Positions 46,860 to 57,436 are shown, counted from the stretch's first letter. The stretch: DNA of 57,588 bases from Bacteroidales bacterium (GCA_007120695.1 SKND01000403.1:1-57588); one strand, 5' to 3'. Numbers and translations: made by a program. The notes: generated by a model from the sequence alone, not told the origin.

Positions 46860-48287
46860 TTACTCTTCCTCCTCCTCTTCCTTATACCATTCATAAGCGC
46901 CAATATCGGGTGCACTATCTGATACCCTTAAATTACCATCAAGATCAAGAGGATGAAGAGCTCCAATTTCCGGATCTCCGGCATCAATAAGAACAGAACC
47001 GGACTCCGGCCTGAAGTTAAAGGATGACGGACTGGTAAAACCCGGACTGAATCCGTAAATACAATTCAGGAAAATGTCACTGTTTGCCGATGCGAATGAA
47101 TCATCAATTCCAAGTAATGAGTGGCTGAATAACACATCAAACCGCTCGTCTCTTTGGGGCAGAAATCTGATCTCCTGGTTTAATGAGCCATGAATTATGC
47201 TGTTGCCAAACAACACCCTGATGGGTGCTTGCCCTGAAGACCCGGTCTCTGTATGATTTTGAATAATGACCGATGGGGTTCGCCTGGATGAAAAGTTCCA
47301 GTAGTTGGCAAAAGTGGAGTGGTAAAAAGTGTAGTCGCCTGCCCCGGAAAGTACAATGGTATGGTGCCCGCAATTAGCAATGACAGTATTATATGAATAT
47401 ACCACTGCCTCTCTTGCATATAAACCCGCATATGTCATATTCTCAATACGGCTGTTAGCAAGGTAGAGGGTAGTGTCACCTGGTGAAGCAAGTGAATCGG
47501 CAATAATACCATTAACCCCGTTTCTTACCGAGGTATGCACAATCCTGTTTCCTGTGCTGCCCGGCATAAGCCACACCCCCTCCCACTGACCGGGAATATT
47601 CCTGTATCCTGATTCTGTGCGGGCTCCCTGGAAAATTACAGGCTCTTCGGGAGTTCCGAAAACCAGAATAGTGCCGGCCACAAAAAGCCCTGACCCGGGT
47701 TGAAAATGGATACGTACTCCGGGTTCAACACTTAATACCTGGCCGGAATCAACCATCATAAAATCATAAACAAGATATGGCTTCCCGGACTCAAGTATAC
47801 CTGATGTGAATTTCTCCCCTCTGATAATATTCACATCCTGACCCCATGCTACCAGTTTCACATTCTGAATATTCCCGTTGGTAATAAATACAACTGAATC
47901 CTTAACAACCATTGGCAGATTACCTTCAACCGGATCAATTGTAGCCTCCACAAAAACATACAGGCTGTCGCCTCCATGAAGTATAATATCGTCAAATCTG
48001 TGGCCCGGTATACCGTCAACGTTAATCCGGTAGGGTGACTCCGTAGCACCGGCCAGGGAGATACTTTTTATTTCAAGACTTTTGTCATAGGGATTATAAA
48101 CCTTAAAATGCCTCGTGGCTGTACCAATAGAGGTAAAAACAGTATCAAACAGCAGGGTATCCGATGAAAAGAGCAACTTTGCCGACGGATCTTTTGTGAA
48201 AGGCTCCTTGTCGCAGGAAACTAAAGCCAGTCCGCCAAAAAGCATTTTGGCAGCTAGTAGAATATAAATACCCGGTTTTATTTTCAT
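46860..48287 (-). CDS. Lipoprotein with a predicted right-handed beta-helix region and a C-terminal poly-Glu tail
   Basis: 475 aa with a lipobox (LALVSC). The sequence is Gly/Asn/Ser-rich and repetitive, consistent with a pectin-lyase-like fold. It ends in YEWYKEEEEEE. Confidence 0.65.
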   Translation of the reverse strand: MKIKPGIYILLAAKMLFGGLALVSCDKEPFTKDPSAKLLFSSDTLLFDTVFTSIGTATRHFKVYNPYDKSLEIKSISLAGATESPYRINVDGIPGHRFDDIILHGGDSLYVFVEATIDPVEGNLPMVVKDSVVFITNGNIQNVKLVAWGQDVNIIRGEKFTSGILESGKPYLVYDFMMVDSGQVLSVEPGVRIHFQPGSGLFVAGTILVFGTPEEPVIFQGARTESGYRNIPGQWEGVWLMPGSTGNRIVHTSVRNGVNGIIADSLASPGDTTLYLANSRIENMTYAGLYAREAVVYSYNTVIANCGHHTIVLSGAGDYTFYHSTFANYWNFSSRRTPSVIIQNHTETGSSGQAPIRVLFGNSIIHGSLNQEIRFLPQRDERFDVLFSHSLLGIDDSFASANSDIFLNCIYGFSPGFTSPSSFNFRPESGSVLIDAGDPEIGALHPLDLDGNLRVSDSAPDIGAYEWYKEEEEEE

Positions 48288-48496
48288 GTCAGCTAACAGG
48301 ATTATAAATAGTGACCGATTCAGACAATGACTTTACAGACGTACTCGAAATAGTGTCTGACCAGAAACCTGACTTTAATGCCAGGCTCTAAATAAACCTG
48401 CAAAATTCAAAAAAAGTGTACTTTAGCAAAAAAATACCTCGATTCCCAATGAACAACATCTGATGAGGATTTTTCGTAAATAAAATAATTGTGATC

Positions 48497-50140
48497 ATGA
48501 AGATACAAAAAGTATTATTGCCTGCCATTTTGTTAACAGGTTTATTATTTTCATGTAATGAAAAAAAGCAAAATATGGACCTTATAATATACAATGCCAG
48601 AATATACAGTGTTGACAAATATTTCACCATTGCAGAATCGGCTGCCATAAAAAACGGAAAGTTCATTGCCGTTGGCAGTGACGATGAGATACTGGGAAAA
48701 TACAGATCAGAGTCGATGATTGATATGGAAGGCCGATTTGTTTATCCCGGACTGATTGATCCGCATTGCCACTTTTACGGATATGGCAGCAGCCTGATGA
48801 ATGCCGATCTTGTTGGTATTAGCTCTTTCGAGGAAATAATAGAAATTATACGTAAACATGATGAAGAATTTCCTTCAGAATGGATAGTGGGACGAGGATG
48901 GGACCAGAACCTTTGGCCTGTGCAGGATTTTCCTCATAAAAGCCAGCTGGACCAAATATTTCCTGGCAAGCCGGTACTGCTTACAAGAATTGACGGACAT
49001 GCTGCGATCGCAAACTCAGAAGCCTTGCTCCGGGCAGGAGTTGATGAAGGATCATCAGTTGAAGGCGGGGAGTTTCTCAAAGAGAACGGAGAACTGACTG
49101 GTTTACTTATAGACAATGCCATATCAGTCGTTGGGCGGCATGTACCGGATCCTCGGTACGAGGAGAGGGTAGCAGCGCTTATGAATGCACAACACAACTG
49201 TTTTGCGGTGGGATTAACCTCGGTAGGTGACGCCGGACTGGACAGGGATGTTATATACATGATGGATTCACTCCAGAAATCAGGTGACCTCAAAATGCGG
49301 ATTTATGCGATGATAAATCCCAGCCCGGAAAACTTTGAAGAGTTTATGTACAGGGGTATATACAAAACAGACCATATGAATGTAAGGTCTGTCAAGCTTT
49401 TTGCCGATGGTGCCCTTGGCTCACGGGGTGCACGGATGATAGATGAGTACAGTGACGATCATGGTAATTACGGATTGCTGCTTGAGACACCGGATTACCT
49501 GAGCGAAATCTCCCGTAAAGCATGGGAGAACGGTTACCAGGTAAATACCCATTGCATTGGTGATTCGGCTGTTAGATTGATGCTTAATATTTATGGTGAG
49601 ATACTCGGCAGGCAAAATGACAGGCGCTGGAGGATTGAGCATTCACAGATTGTTCATCCTGACGATTTCGAATTGTTTGGCAACTATTCTATAATTCCTT
49701 CTGTCCAGACAATACATGCGACCTCTGATATGAAATGGGCGATTCATCGTATAGGAAACGAGAGAATGAAAGGGGCATATGCTTACAAAGACCTGTTGGA
49801 GCAGATCGGATGGCTGCCTAACGGAAGTGACTTCCCTGTTGAACACATAAATCCTCTTTACGGCTTTTATTCCGCTGTAGCAAGAAAAGACCTTGATGGT
49901 TACCCCGAAGGAGGATTCCAGATGGAGAATTCCCTTTCCAGGGAACAGGCATTAAGAGGGATGACCATATGGGCAGCAAAAGCTGCCTTCGAAGAAGATG
50001 AAAAAGGCAGTATTGAGCCCGGTAAGTTCGCCGATTTCATTGTGACAGATGAAGACCTGATGACAATGGATATTGAGAAAGTACCGAATATAAAGATCCG
50101 GAGCACTTTTTCGGGAGGTAATAACGTATATTCCCGTTAA
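48497..50140 (+). CDS. Metal-dependent amidohydrolase (Amidohydro_3 / YtcJ-like), lipoprotein
   Basis: It has a lipobox (LLFSC), the metal-binding motif IDPHCHF, and later H/D ligands (NTHCIGD, EHSQIVH). The start is taken at ATG 48497. Confidence 0.85.
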   Translation: MKIQKVLLPAILLTGLLFSCNEKKQNMDLIIYNARIYSVDKYFTIAESAAIKNGKFIAVGSDDEILGKYRSESMIDMEGRFVYPGLIDPHCHFYGYGSSLMNADLVGISSFEEIIEIIRKHDEEFPSEWIVGRGWDQNLWPVQDFPHKSQLDQIFPGKPVLLTRIDGHAAIANSEALLRAGVDEGSSVEGGEFLKENGELTGLLIDNAISVVGRHVPDPRYEERVAALMNAQHNCFAVGLTSVGDAGLDRDVIYMMDSLQKSGDLKMRIYAMINPSPENFEEFMYRGIYKTDHMNVRSVKLFADGALGSRGARMIDEYSDDHGNYGLLLETPDYLSEISRKAWENGYQVNTHCIGDSAVRLMLNIYGEILGRQNDRRWRIEHSQIVHPDDFELFGNYSIIPSVQTIHATSDMKWAIHRIGNERMKGAYAYKDLLEQIGWLPNGSDFPVEHINPLYGFYSAVARKDLDGYPEGGFQMENSLSREQALRGMTIWAAKAAFEEDEKGSIEPGKFADFIVTDEDLMTMDIEKVPNIKIRSTFSGGNNVYSR

Positions 50141-50170
50141 ATATAAAACCGGCCGGGTTTCCCCGGCCGG
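50141..50170 (-). terminator. GC-rich terminator hairpin after tolC, shared by the convergent gene pair
   Basis: The stem is CCGGCCGGG/CCCGGCCGG. A T-tract (TTTTATAT) follows only on the minus strand. Confidence 0.65.
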
Positions 50171-50215
50171 CTCCCGCTTGTTAACCTAAAAACAAAATAA
50201 ACGGAAATTGAGTAA

Positions 50216-51556
50216 TTATTTAAGTGTAAAAGGCTCACCAAGGTAAAAATCAAGGATCATAGACCGAAGGAAGTATTCATATTTAGCCTGGGCCATATTG
50301 GATTGCGACCTGAACATACTGGACTGTGCATTCTGATATTCTATAAAATTTATCATCCCAAGCCTGAACTGCTCCCTTGCGAACTGAAAAGATTCACGGG
50401 CTGCTTCTACGGCCTTTCCTGCTGACTTGTAGCGATTATAGGCGTTCATTGCGTCATTATGCATCTGGTGGATCTCTGAGTAAAGATCCTGCTTAGTCTC
50501 GTCAAGCTGATACCTGGCATCTAACATTGAAACCTTTGCATTACTGATCCTGTTGCGTGTACTCCATCCATTGAATATGGGTATGGTAAGGCTTATGCCA
50601 AGCTGCCTGTACTGGTTATCCTTAATCTGTGTTGAATAAGGATAATTTCCTCCATCCATGGGGTCTGCGGCAAGCTCTGAATAACGTGAATAGAATATCC
50701 CTCTAAGTGCCAGTCGGGGACTCTGTTGTCCGCGCATTAGAGCAAGCTCTCTTTCCGCACTTCTCAGAAAATACTCGGCGCCTTTAATCCTGGGCAAAGA
50801 TGACTCAGCCTTACCGTATATATTGTCTACTGATTGAAGAATGGGTGCTTCTTCCACTTCGGAAATATCAGGTACGGCAACCTGGAAATCTTCAGCAGGA
50901 TCCATCTGCATAATCTGGATCAGGTCAAGATAAGACCGGCTCAGGTTATTTCTTGCCATAGTAACCTGATATTGATCGGCTGCAACCTGCGACTCAATTT
51001 CCAGTACCCTTCCCCTGGAGATATTGCCAATTGCGAAATTGCTTCTGGCTGATTCAAGTTCAAGAGATGATATTTCGGCCTGCATCTCGGCCAGTTCAGC
51101 CAATTCCTTATCAAGCAAGACCTGGAAAAAAGCCGCTGATATATTCATGGAAATATCATTTTTAGCCCTCTCAACCTCCTGAAGCCTTGCGAGAAGCAGG
51201 AATCTCTGCTGCTGGATATTGTTGTAGTTCTGGAATCCGCTAAACACATTAAGCTGGCTCTCCATGCCGAGGTTACCCTGTTCAAATTCCCTGTTCTCCC
51301 ACTGATACGTATCATAGTTAAGAGCCCGCCCGGAGTTGTAATCATGATTCGCAAAGCCAGTTAAGGTGGGCAGAACCCTCAGTAATGACTGATTGAAGTT
51401 ATTTTTGGCGCTTTCTGACTGTAATTGCCTTCTTTTAAGCTGGATATTGTTTTCGAGTGCATACTCAATACATTCTTCCAGTGTCCATGTCTTCTGGGCA
51501 TAACCAGCCGTCCATACAACCAGCAAAACCAGCAATATTGCTTTAAACCGCATCAT
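50216..51556 (-). CDS. TolC-family outer-membrane efflux protein
   Basis: 446 aa with a signal peptide (AGYAQ) and two OEP repeats rich in coiled-coil heptads. Confidence 0.9.
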   Translation of the reverse strand: MMRFKAILLVLLVVWTAGYAQKTWTLEECIEYALENNIQLKRRQLQSESAKNNFNQSLLRVLPTLTGFANHDYNSGRALNYDTYQWENREFEQGNLGMESQLNVFSGFQNYNNIQQQRFLLLARLQEVERAKNDISMNISAAFFQVLLDKELAELAEMQAEISSLELESARSNFAIGNISRGRVLEIESQVAADQYQVTMARNNLSRSYLDLIQIMQMDPAEDFQVAVPDISEVEEAPILQSVDNIYGKAESSLPRIKGAEYFLRSAERELALMRGQQSPRLALRGIFYSRYSELAADPMDGGNYPYSTQIKDNQYRQLGISLTIPIFNGWSTRNRISNAKVSMLDARYQLDETKQDLYSEIHQMHNDAMNAYNRYKSAGKAVEAARESFQFAREQFRLGMINFIEYQNAQSSMFRSQSNMAQAKYEYFLRSMILDFYLGEPFTLK

Positions 51557-51650
51557 AGCATCTTTTTTATTTTGAAAAGAATTTGCGCGGTTACGGCAAC
51601 CCGTTTGCCCTTAACAGTTAAACCGTAATCCGCAGCAAATTCCTTTATCA

Positions 51651-52334
51651 TTATAACAGTTTCTTAACGTTCTCTGTAACAATATGCCCGTCAAAAAGCT
51701 GAACTATCCTGTGCGCCTTTTCTGCATCCGATGGCGAGTGGGTAACCATTACTATTGTTGTTCCTTCACCGTTAAGCTCACCCAACAGATTCATAACCTC
51801 CTCGCCATTGGCCGAGTCAAGGTTACCCGTCGGCTCATCGGCAAGTATCAGCCTGGGTTTTGTAACCACTGCACGGGCAATTGCAACCCGCTGCTGCTGA
51901 CCGCCCGAAAGTTGCTGGGGGAAATGCTTTGCGCGGTGCCCGATCTTCATCTTGCCCAGAACAGCTTCAACCTTTTTCTTCCTTTCTGAAGATGGCACGT
52001 TCAGATAAAGAAGCGGCAGTTCCACATTCTCAAATACTGTCAATTCATCGATAAGGTTAAAGCTCTGGAACACAAATCCAATGTTTGCTTTTCTAAGGTT
52101 TGTCCGCTGGCGCTCTGAAAACCTTGACACCTCAGTATCATTGAACCAGAACTCACCTGATGTTGGGTTGTCAAGTAGCCCGACAATATTCAGCAAAGTT
52201 GATTTGCCGCACCCCGACGGACCCATTATGGCAACAAACTCACCATGGCTGATTTCCAGATTTACCCTGTTTAGAGCGGTGGTTTCCACCTCATCAGTCC
52301 TGAAAACCTTTACCAGATCATTAGTTTTAATCAT
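51651..52334 (-). CDS. ABC transporter ATP-binding protein (MacB/LolD-type ATPase only, no permease domain)
   Basis: Walker A is GPSGCGKST, the signature is LSGGQQQR, and Walker B is LILADEPT. An alternative start at 52391 forms TAATG with the upstream stop codon. Confidence 0.9.
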   Translation of the reverse strand: MIKTNDLVKVFRTDEVETTALNRVNLEISHGEFVAIMGPSGCGKSTLLNIVGLLDNPTSGEFWFNDTEVSRFSERQRTNLRKANIGFVFQSFNLIDELTVFENVELPLLYLNVPSSERKKKVEAVLGKMKIGHRAKHFPQQLSGGQQQRVAIARAVVTKPRLILADEPTGNLDSANGEEVMNLLGELNGEGTTIVMVTHSPSDAEKAHRIVQLFDGHIVTENVKKLL

Positions 52335-52390
52335 GATAGAAAAATTTAATAGTCGATTGATATTCTGTTTTTCACTAATATTTATATGCA

Positions 52391-53647
52391 TTATCTTAAA
52401 ATAAGCCTGTCGACATTTCCGAAATTATCGTAGCCTGATACGATCACCCTCTCTCCCGGCTCCAGTCCTTCAAGAACTTCATAGAAACGGGGGTTTTGCC
52501 TTCCGATCCTGATATCTCTCCTTGTGGCAAACGATCCGGTAGGATCTACCACAAAAACCCACTGTCCTCCTGTGCTCTGGTAAAAACCACCTCTTGGTAT
52601 CAGAATTGCATTCCTGGACTCACCAAGTTCAAGACGTACACGGAAAGTCTGTCCGATACGCAACTGATCAGGTATCCCATTTGTAAATTCCATATCGACC
52701 GAAAAACGGCCTGCCTGTACTTCGGGGTATATGCGGGTTATTTCCAGGTCATAGTTATTACCTGCAAATTCAAAATTTCCAGTAAGTCCCTGGGTAACCC
52801 TCGAAATATAGTGCTCATCTATCTCAATCCGCAACTTGTAGGAATCGACGATGTTTATCCTTCCCAGCCGCTCTCCGCGGTTAACCATCTGACCTATTTC
52901 AAGGTTAAGTGTGGCAAGCTCACCGTAAACAGGGGCTCTCAGCTCCATTGCATCAAGACGCTGGTACACAAGTTTCATATTCTCTTCCATATTTTTCAGT
53001 GAAGTCTCCATCGCATCAAGCTGGAGAATACGGTAAATCGAATCCTGTTTATATGTTTCACGGTATAATTCCAATTTCTTTTCAGTAATCTCATACTGCT
53101 CCATGGATATCTCATACTCCTCCCTCGATATATGCTCCTGTTCCATCAGAACCCTGTTATTCTTATAACGCCTCTCATACTGACGCAGCTGGAGAGTGAG
53201 ATCAAGCAACTGATTTCTGCTGGTCAGGTTCTGTTGCTCCAGTTGCACCCTGAACATACGCATATCATTTACTGTACGTGTATAATTGGTTTCAGCATTT
53301 GAAATATCAAGAAGAAGTGTAGTATTGGAAAGTCTTGCAAGCGGGTCTCCTACCTCTACCATGCCACCCTCTCTTCGGTAGATCTCTTCAACCCGTCCGC
53401 CTTCGGTTGCATCCAGATAGATTGTCTGAATAGGCTCAACCGTGCCGATTACCGCAATGAAGTCAAGAAATGAATCCTCCCTTATCTGTTCAATTGTGAT
53501 CCGGTCAACATCAACATTTAACCGTGAACTTTTGTCACCAAAGATGATCTGGTAAAAAACAAGAATTACTATAATGACAACACCTGAGATCCAGGCTAAT
53601 CGTCTCCATTTTTTACCTTTGTTCTCTATCTTACGATCCATGCTCAT
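52391..53647 (-). CDS. Periplasmic adaptor (HlyD/MacA-type membrane fusion protein)
   Basis: 418 aa with an N-terminal TM anchor, a lipoyl-like hairpin, a long coiled coil, and beta-barrel domains. Confidence 0.88.
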   Translation of the reverse strand: MSMDRKIENKGKKWRRLAWISGVVIIVILVFYQIIFGDKSSRLNVDVDRITIEQIREDSFLDFIAVIGTVEPIQTIYLDATEGGRVEEIYRREGGMVEVGDPLARLSNTTLLLDISNAETNYTRTVNDMRMFRVQLEQQNLTSRNQLLDLTLQLRQYERRYKNNRVLMEQEHISREEYEISMEQYEITEKKLELYRETYKQDSIYRILQLDAMETSLKNMEENMKLVYQRLDAMELRAPVYGELATLNLEIGQMVNRGERLGRINIVDSYKLRIEIDEHYISRVTQGLTGNFEFAGNNYDLEITRIYPEVQAGRFSVDMEFTNGIPDQLRIGQTFRVRLELGESRNAILIPRGGFYQSTGGQWVFVVDPTGSFATRRDIRIGRQNPRFYEVLEGLEPGERVIVSGYDNFGNVDRLILR

Positions 53648-53670
53648 TTTTTGTCCTTTTAATTATTCCG

Positions 53671-53685
53671 GCAAATAAAATACCA
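53671..53685 (-). promoter_or_regulatory. Candidate sigma-54 promoter (-24 TGGTAT, -12 TTGC) upstream of the adaptor/ABC/TolC operon
   Basis: The minus strand reads TGGTATTTTATTTGC. The GG and GC elements have the canonical TGGYAY-N5-TTGC spacing. The site is 23 nt upstream of the ATG and is divergent from a sigma-54 activator gene. Confidence 0.4.
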
Positions 53686-53887
53686 CTAATTATGCCAAAG
53701 GTAATATAGAACTGTAAACATGATGATTAGCCTAAAGATATATGAATAAATCTAATGCCGGAGTGTACGGAAATGAAACAGAAGCAGTACGATATCGAAC
53801 AATTTTAATAAAATTAACTGCCCGAAACAGAGATATTGGTTATCTTTACGCAACCTTCAAACAATACTCAAAAGCCTTACATTAATT

Positions 53888-55264
53888 ATGGATAATAAAA
53901 CCGGAAAGATCCTGGCAGTAGATGACAATGAAGATATTCTGTTCGCCTTGAAGCTACTTTTAAAACCTTATGTTGAGCTTATCAGAACAACCGATAATCC
54001 GTCAGAAATTCCTGATCTGATGGCAAATGATAATTTCGATGTAATCCTCCTGGATATGAATTTTACCAAGGATGCCATCAGCGGACAGGAGGGATTTGAC
54101 TGGTTGCAGAGAATACTTGAACTTGATCCTGAAGCAGTGGTTGTTTTTATAACTGCTTATGGCGATGCTGAGAAAGCGGTCAAAGCAATTAAGGCCGGAG
54201 CCACTGACTTTATTCTAAAGCCCTGGCAGAATGAAAAACTAATTGCCACGGTATCGGCATCCGTTCAGCTGAAACGTTCCAGAATGGAAGCCAGCGGACT
54301 GAAGATTAAGCAAAAAGAGATAAGCCAGGTCCTCGACCAGCCATTTCAGGATTTTATTGGCACATCCCCGGAAATGCAGGAAGTATTCACTACAATAAAA
54401 AAAGTCGCAAAAACTGACGCCAACGTACTGATACTTGGAGAGAACGGTACCGGGAAAGAGCTTGTTGCAAGAGCGCTGTACAGGAATTCGCCCAGGAAAG
54501 AGGAGGTATTTATCAGTGTAGATCTTGGCAGCATAAGTGAAACACTATTTGAAAGTGAACTGTTCGGCCATGTGAAAGGTGCCTTTACCGATGCCATTAA
54601 AGAAAAAACAGGACGGTTTGAAATTGCTTCGGGAGGAACATTATTTCTTGATGAGATAGGCAACCTTTCCCTTCCGATGCAGGCCAAGTTACTTACAGTA
54701 ATTGAAAGAAAAGAGGTTATCAAGGTAGGAGCAAACAAACCTGTGCAGATTGACATCAGGCTCATCTGTGCCACCAATAACAATATCCACCAGATGGTTG
54801 CAGAAGAGAGCTTCAGACAGGACCTTCTTTACAGGATCAATACGGTAGAAATTCACCTGCCGCCACTGCGGGAAAGAACAGGTGACGTACCTGTTCTTGC
54901 TGAACACTTTCTGAAAATCTATAACAAGAAATACAAAAAGCTGGTAACAAAGATCAGCAGTGAGGCTATGAACAAACTCAACAGGTATCACTGGCCCGGA
55001 AATGTGAGGGAGCTGCAGCATGCAATTGAACGTGCACTGATAATGAGCGATTCAGATACTTTGCAGGCAGGGGACTTTATTCTCTCCTCACATCACAGGA
55101 AATCAGATGAGCTTGAGCTTCAAACTTATAACCTTGATGAAATTGAAAAAAGTGTTATACTGAAGGTAATGAAACAAAATCAGGGAAATATATCACAGGC
55201 AGCGGCTGAACTGGGACTGACACGGACATCCCTGTACAGAAGAATGGAAAAATATGGTCTATAG
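53888..55264 (+). CDS. Sigma-54-dependent response regulator (NtrC/AtoC family enhancer-binding protein)
   Basis: It has a REC domain (ILLDMNF), an AAA+ domain with Walker A GENGTGKE, the sigma-54 contact loop GAFTDA, and a C-terminal Fis-type HTH (NISQAAAELGLTRTSLYRRM). Confidence 0.93.
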   Translation: MDNKTGKILAVDDNEDILFALKLLLKPYVELIRTTDNPSEIPDLMANDNFDVILLDMNFTKDAISGQEGFDWLQRILELDPEAVVVFITAYGDAEKAVKAIKAGATDFILKPWQNEKLIATVSASVQLKRSRMEASGLKIKQKEISQVLDQPFQDFIGTSPEMQEVFTTIKKVAKTDANVLILGENGTGKELVARALYRNSPRKEEVFISVDLGSISETLFESELFGHVKGAFTDAIKEKTGRFEIASGGTLFLDEIGNLSLPMQAKLLTVIERKEVIKVGANKPVQIDIRLICATNNNIHQMVAEESFRQDLLYRINTVEIHLPPLRERTGDVPVLAEHFLKIYNKKYKKLVTKISSEAMNKLNRYHWPGNVRELQHAIERALIMSDSDTLQAGDFILSSHHRKSDELELQTYNLDEIEKSVILKVMKQNQGNISQAAAELGLTRTSLYRRMEKYGL

Positions 55265-56606
55265 AAATTTCAGGATAGTTACTCTTGTCAGAATACTGCT
55301 GCTGGCAGTCAGTATTTTCATATTTGTATATACCATACTAAATTACAGCTTTCATATTACACCTGTACTGATAGGTCTGCTTATAATATTCCAGATAGCA
55401 CTCCTTTTCAAATACGTAGACAAGGTAAACCGGGATCTTACAACATTTCTTGAATCCATAAGGTTTTCGGAGTTTACTCTCACTTTCCAGACACGCGGAC
55501 TCGGTTCATCATTCGATGAGCTTAACAAGGCATTCAATGATGTTATAGGCGATTTCCAGAAAGTCCGCTCAGAAAAAGAGGAACATTTCCAGTATCTGCA
55601 GAGTATAGTTCAGAATATTGATGTTAGTATACTTGCCTACCAGCGGGACGGTACTGTTGAAATGGTAAATAAATCAGCAAAGAAACTATTCCAGGTAAGC
55701 AGCCTGAGAAATATCAACATTTTAAATTCACTGAGTCCGGAACTGGTAAGTACGCTGATAGGGATCAAACCCGGAGAAAATAAGCTTGTAAGGGTTCAGG
55801 AGCAGGATGACCTGCTGCAGCTGGCAATTTTTGCAACTGAACTGAAGATACATGATAAGGAAATCATTCTTGCCACGATCAAGAACATCCAGAATGTTCT
55901 TGAAGAACAGGAGACAGAAGCATGGCAGAAGCTAATCAGGGTTCTGACCCATGAGATAATGAACTCCATCACTCCTATAGCATCACTCTCATCAACACTT
56001 GATATGATGCTCAAGGGTATTGCACAAGGAAACAATGACCAGCCCCTCGACATGGAAACAGTATCGGAGATCCAGCAAGCTCTGCAAACCATTAACAAAA
56101 GAAGTACCGGTTTGCTCCATTTCGTAAATACATACCGTAACCTGACCAGGATACCCAAACCCAATTTCAAGATATTTCAGGTCAGAGATCTTATCAATAA
56201 TGTTCAGTTGCTTATGGAAGAGGAATTGCGGCACAATGAGATCAAGCTTATTACCTCTGTCATACCTCCGGACATTGAATTCTCGGCAGATGAACAACTT
56301 CTTGAGCAGGTAATGATAAACATGGTAAAAAATGCTATCCAGGCACTGAGTAACAGACCTGATCCCAAGATTGTTATAAAGGCATATATCAATAAGCGGG
56401 GAAGACTGACAATCCAGGTCAAGGATAACGGACAGGGAATATTACAGGAGGTTCTGGACAAGATTTTCATCCCATTTTTCACAACCAAACCAAAAGGTTC
56501 AGGTATAGGCCTTAGTCTCAGCAGGCAGATCATGAGACTTCATGGCGGTACTATTACAGCCGGCTCGGAACCGGACATAGGTACTACATTCACACTGACT
56601 TTCTAA
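55254..56606 (+). CDS. Sensor histidine kinase with two closely spaced TM helices (intramembrane type)
   Basis: The H-box is LTHEIMNSITPI. The N, G1 and G2 boxes are VKNAIQA, DNGQGI and GSGIGLS. There is almost no extracytoplasmic loop. It overlaps the regulator gene by 11 nt. Confidence 0.9.
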   Translation: MVYRNFRIVTLVRILLLAVSIFIFVYTILNYSFHITPVLIGLLIIFQIALLFKYVDKVNRDLTTFLESIRFSEFTLTFQTRGLGSSFDELNKAFNDVIGDFQKVRSEKEEHFQYLQSIVQNIDVSILAYQRDGTVEMVNKSAKKLFQVSSLRNINILNSLSPELVSTLIGIKPGENKLVRVQEQDDLLQLAIFATELKIHDKEIILATIKNIQNVLEEQETEAWQKLIRVLTHEIMNSITPIASLSSTLDMMLKGIAQGNNDQPLDMETVSEIQQALQTINKRSTGLLHFVNTYRNLTRIPKPNFKIFQVRDLINNVQLLMEEELRHNEIKLITSVIPPDIEFSADEQLLEQVMINMVKNAIQALSNRPDPKIVIKAYINKRGRLTIQVKDNGQGILQEVLDKIFIPFFTTKPKGSGIGLSLSRQIMRLHGGTITAGSEPDIGTTFTLTF

Positions 56607-56632
56607 AAAGTTAAATTGCCAGAGTCACAATA

Positions 56633-57436
56633 TCAGGAGGTTTTGAGCTTACCGGGAAGTGCCGGACGGTCAACAAAAAGGGTTGCATCCGGATGGTTCC
56701 GCAGGATAGTCGCCGGACAACTTTCGTCTACTGCGGCATTCAGAGTATTGTTCACGGCATCCGCCTTACGGGTTCCCGGTACAACACAGCTGATTACCCT
56801 GCAGCTCATGATGGCGGGTATAGTAAGGGTAACTGCCTTACGGGGCACCTGGTCAATGGAGGGAAACCACCCTTCACCCAGCTGCTGCATACGGCAGGCA
56901 TGGTCCAGCTCTACATCCTTTACCCATAATGAATCACCGAAATCTGCAACAGGAGGATCGTTAAATGCAATATGGCCATTCTCTCCTATGCCTATACACG
57001 CTATATCAACCGGGTTTTTCTTAAGCAACTCAGTATATTCCGTCATCTCCTTTTTCAGATCATGTGCATCTCCCCTGATCAGGTATACCCTGTCAGGAGA
57101 AACAGTGTCAAGAATTCTCTCCCGCAGGTAACGCCTGAAACTAGCCTGATGATCTTCCGGTATACCAATATACTCATCAAGATGAAATACTGCAATTTTG
57201 TTCCAGGTAATATCCAGTCCTTTTAATGCTTCCAGAAAAGAAAACTGAGAGGTGCCGGTTGCCAGGATCAGGTTAGCAGATCCTTTTTCTTTAATAGCCG
57301 ATTTCAGACACTCTGCTGTATAGATGGCTGCCGCCATACCCATTTCTTCTTCCTTCTCATACATCCTCACTTTTAGCCTGTCCTTTACAAAAGTGATTAC
57401 AGGTTCAACACTGGGGTAATGTAATTGATTCTCCAT
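56633..57436 (-). CDS. nagB: Glucosamine-6-phosphate deaminase
   Basis: It matches the NagB/6-phosphogluconolactonase family (LATGTSQ, HLDEY, GIGENGHIAFNDP). The start could be ATG 57436 or the internal ATG 57364 (MYEKEEE). Confidence 0.9.
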   Translation of the reverse strand: MENQLHYPSVEPVITFVKDRLKVRMYEKEEEMGMAAAIYTAECLKSAIKEKGSANLILATGTSQFSFLEALKGLDITWNKIAVFHLDEYIGIPEDHQASFRRYLRERILDTVSPDRVYLIRGDAHDLKKEMTEYTELLKKNPVDIACIGIGENGHIAFNDPPVADFGDSLWVKDVELDHACRMQQLGEGWFPSIDQVPRKAVTLTIPAIMSCRVISCVVPGTRKADAVNNTLNAAVDESCPATILRNHPDATLFVDRPALPGKLKTS

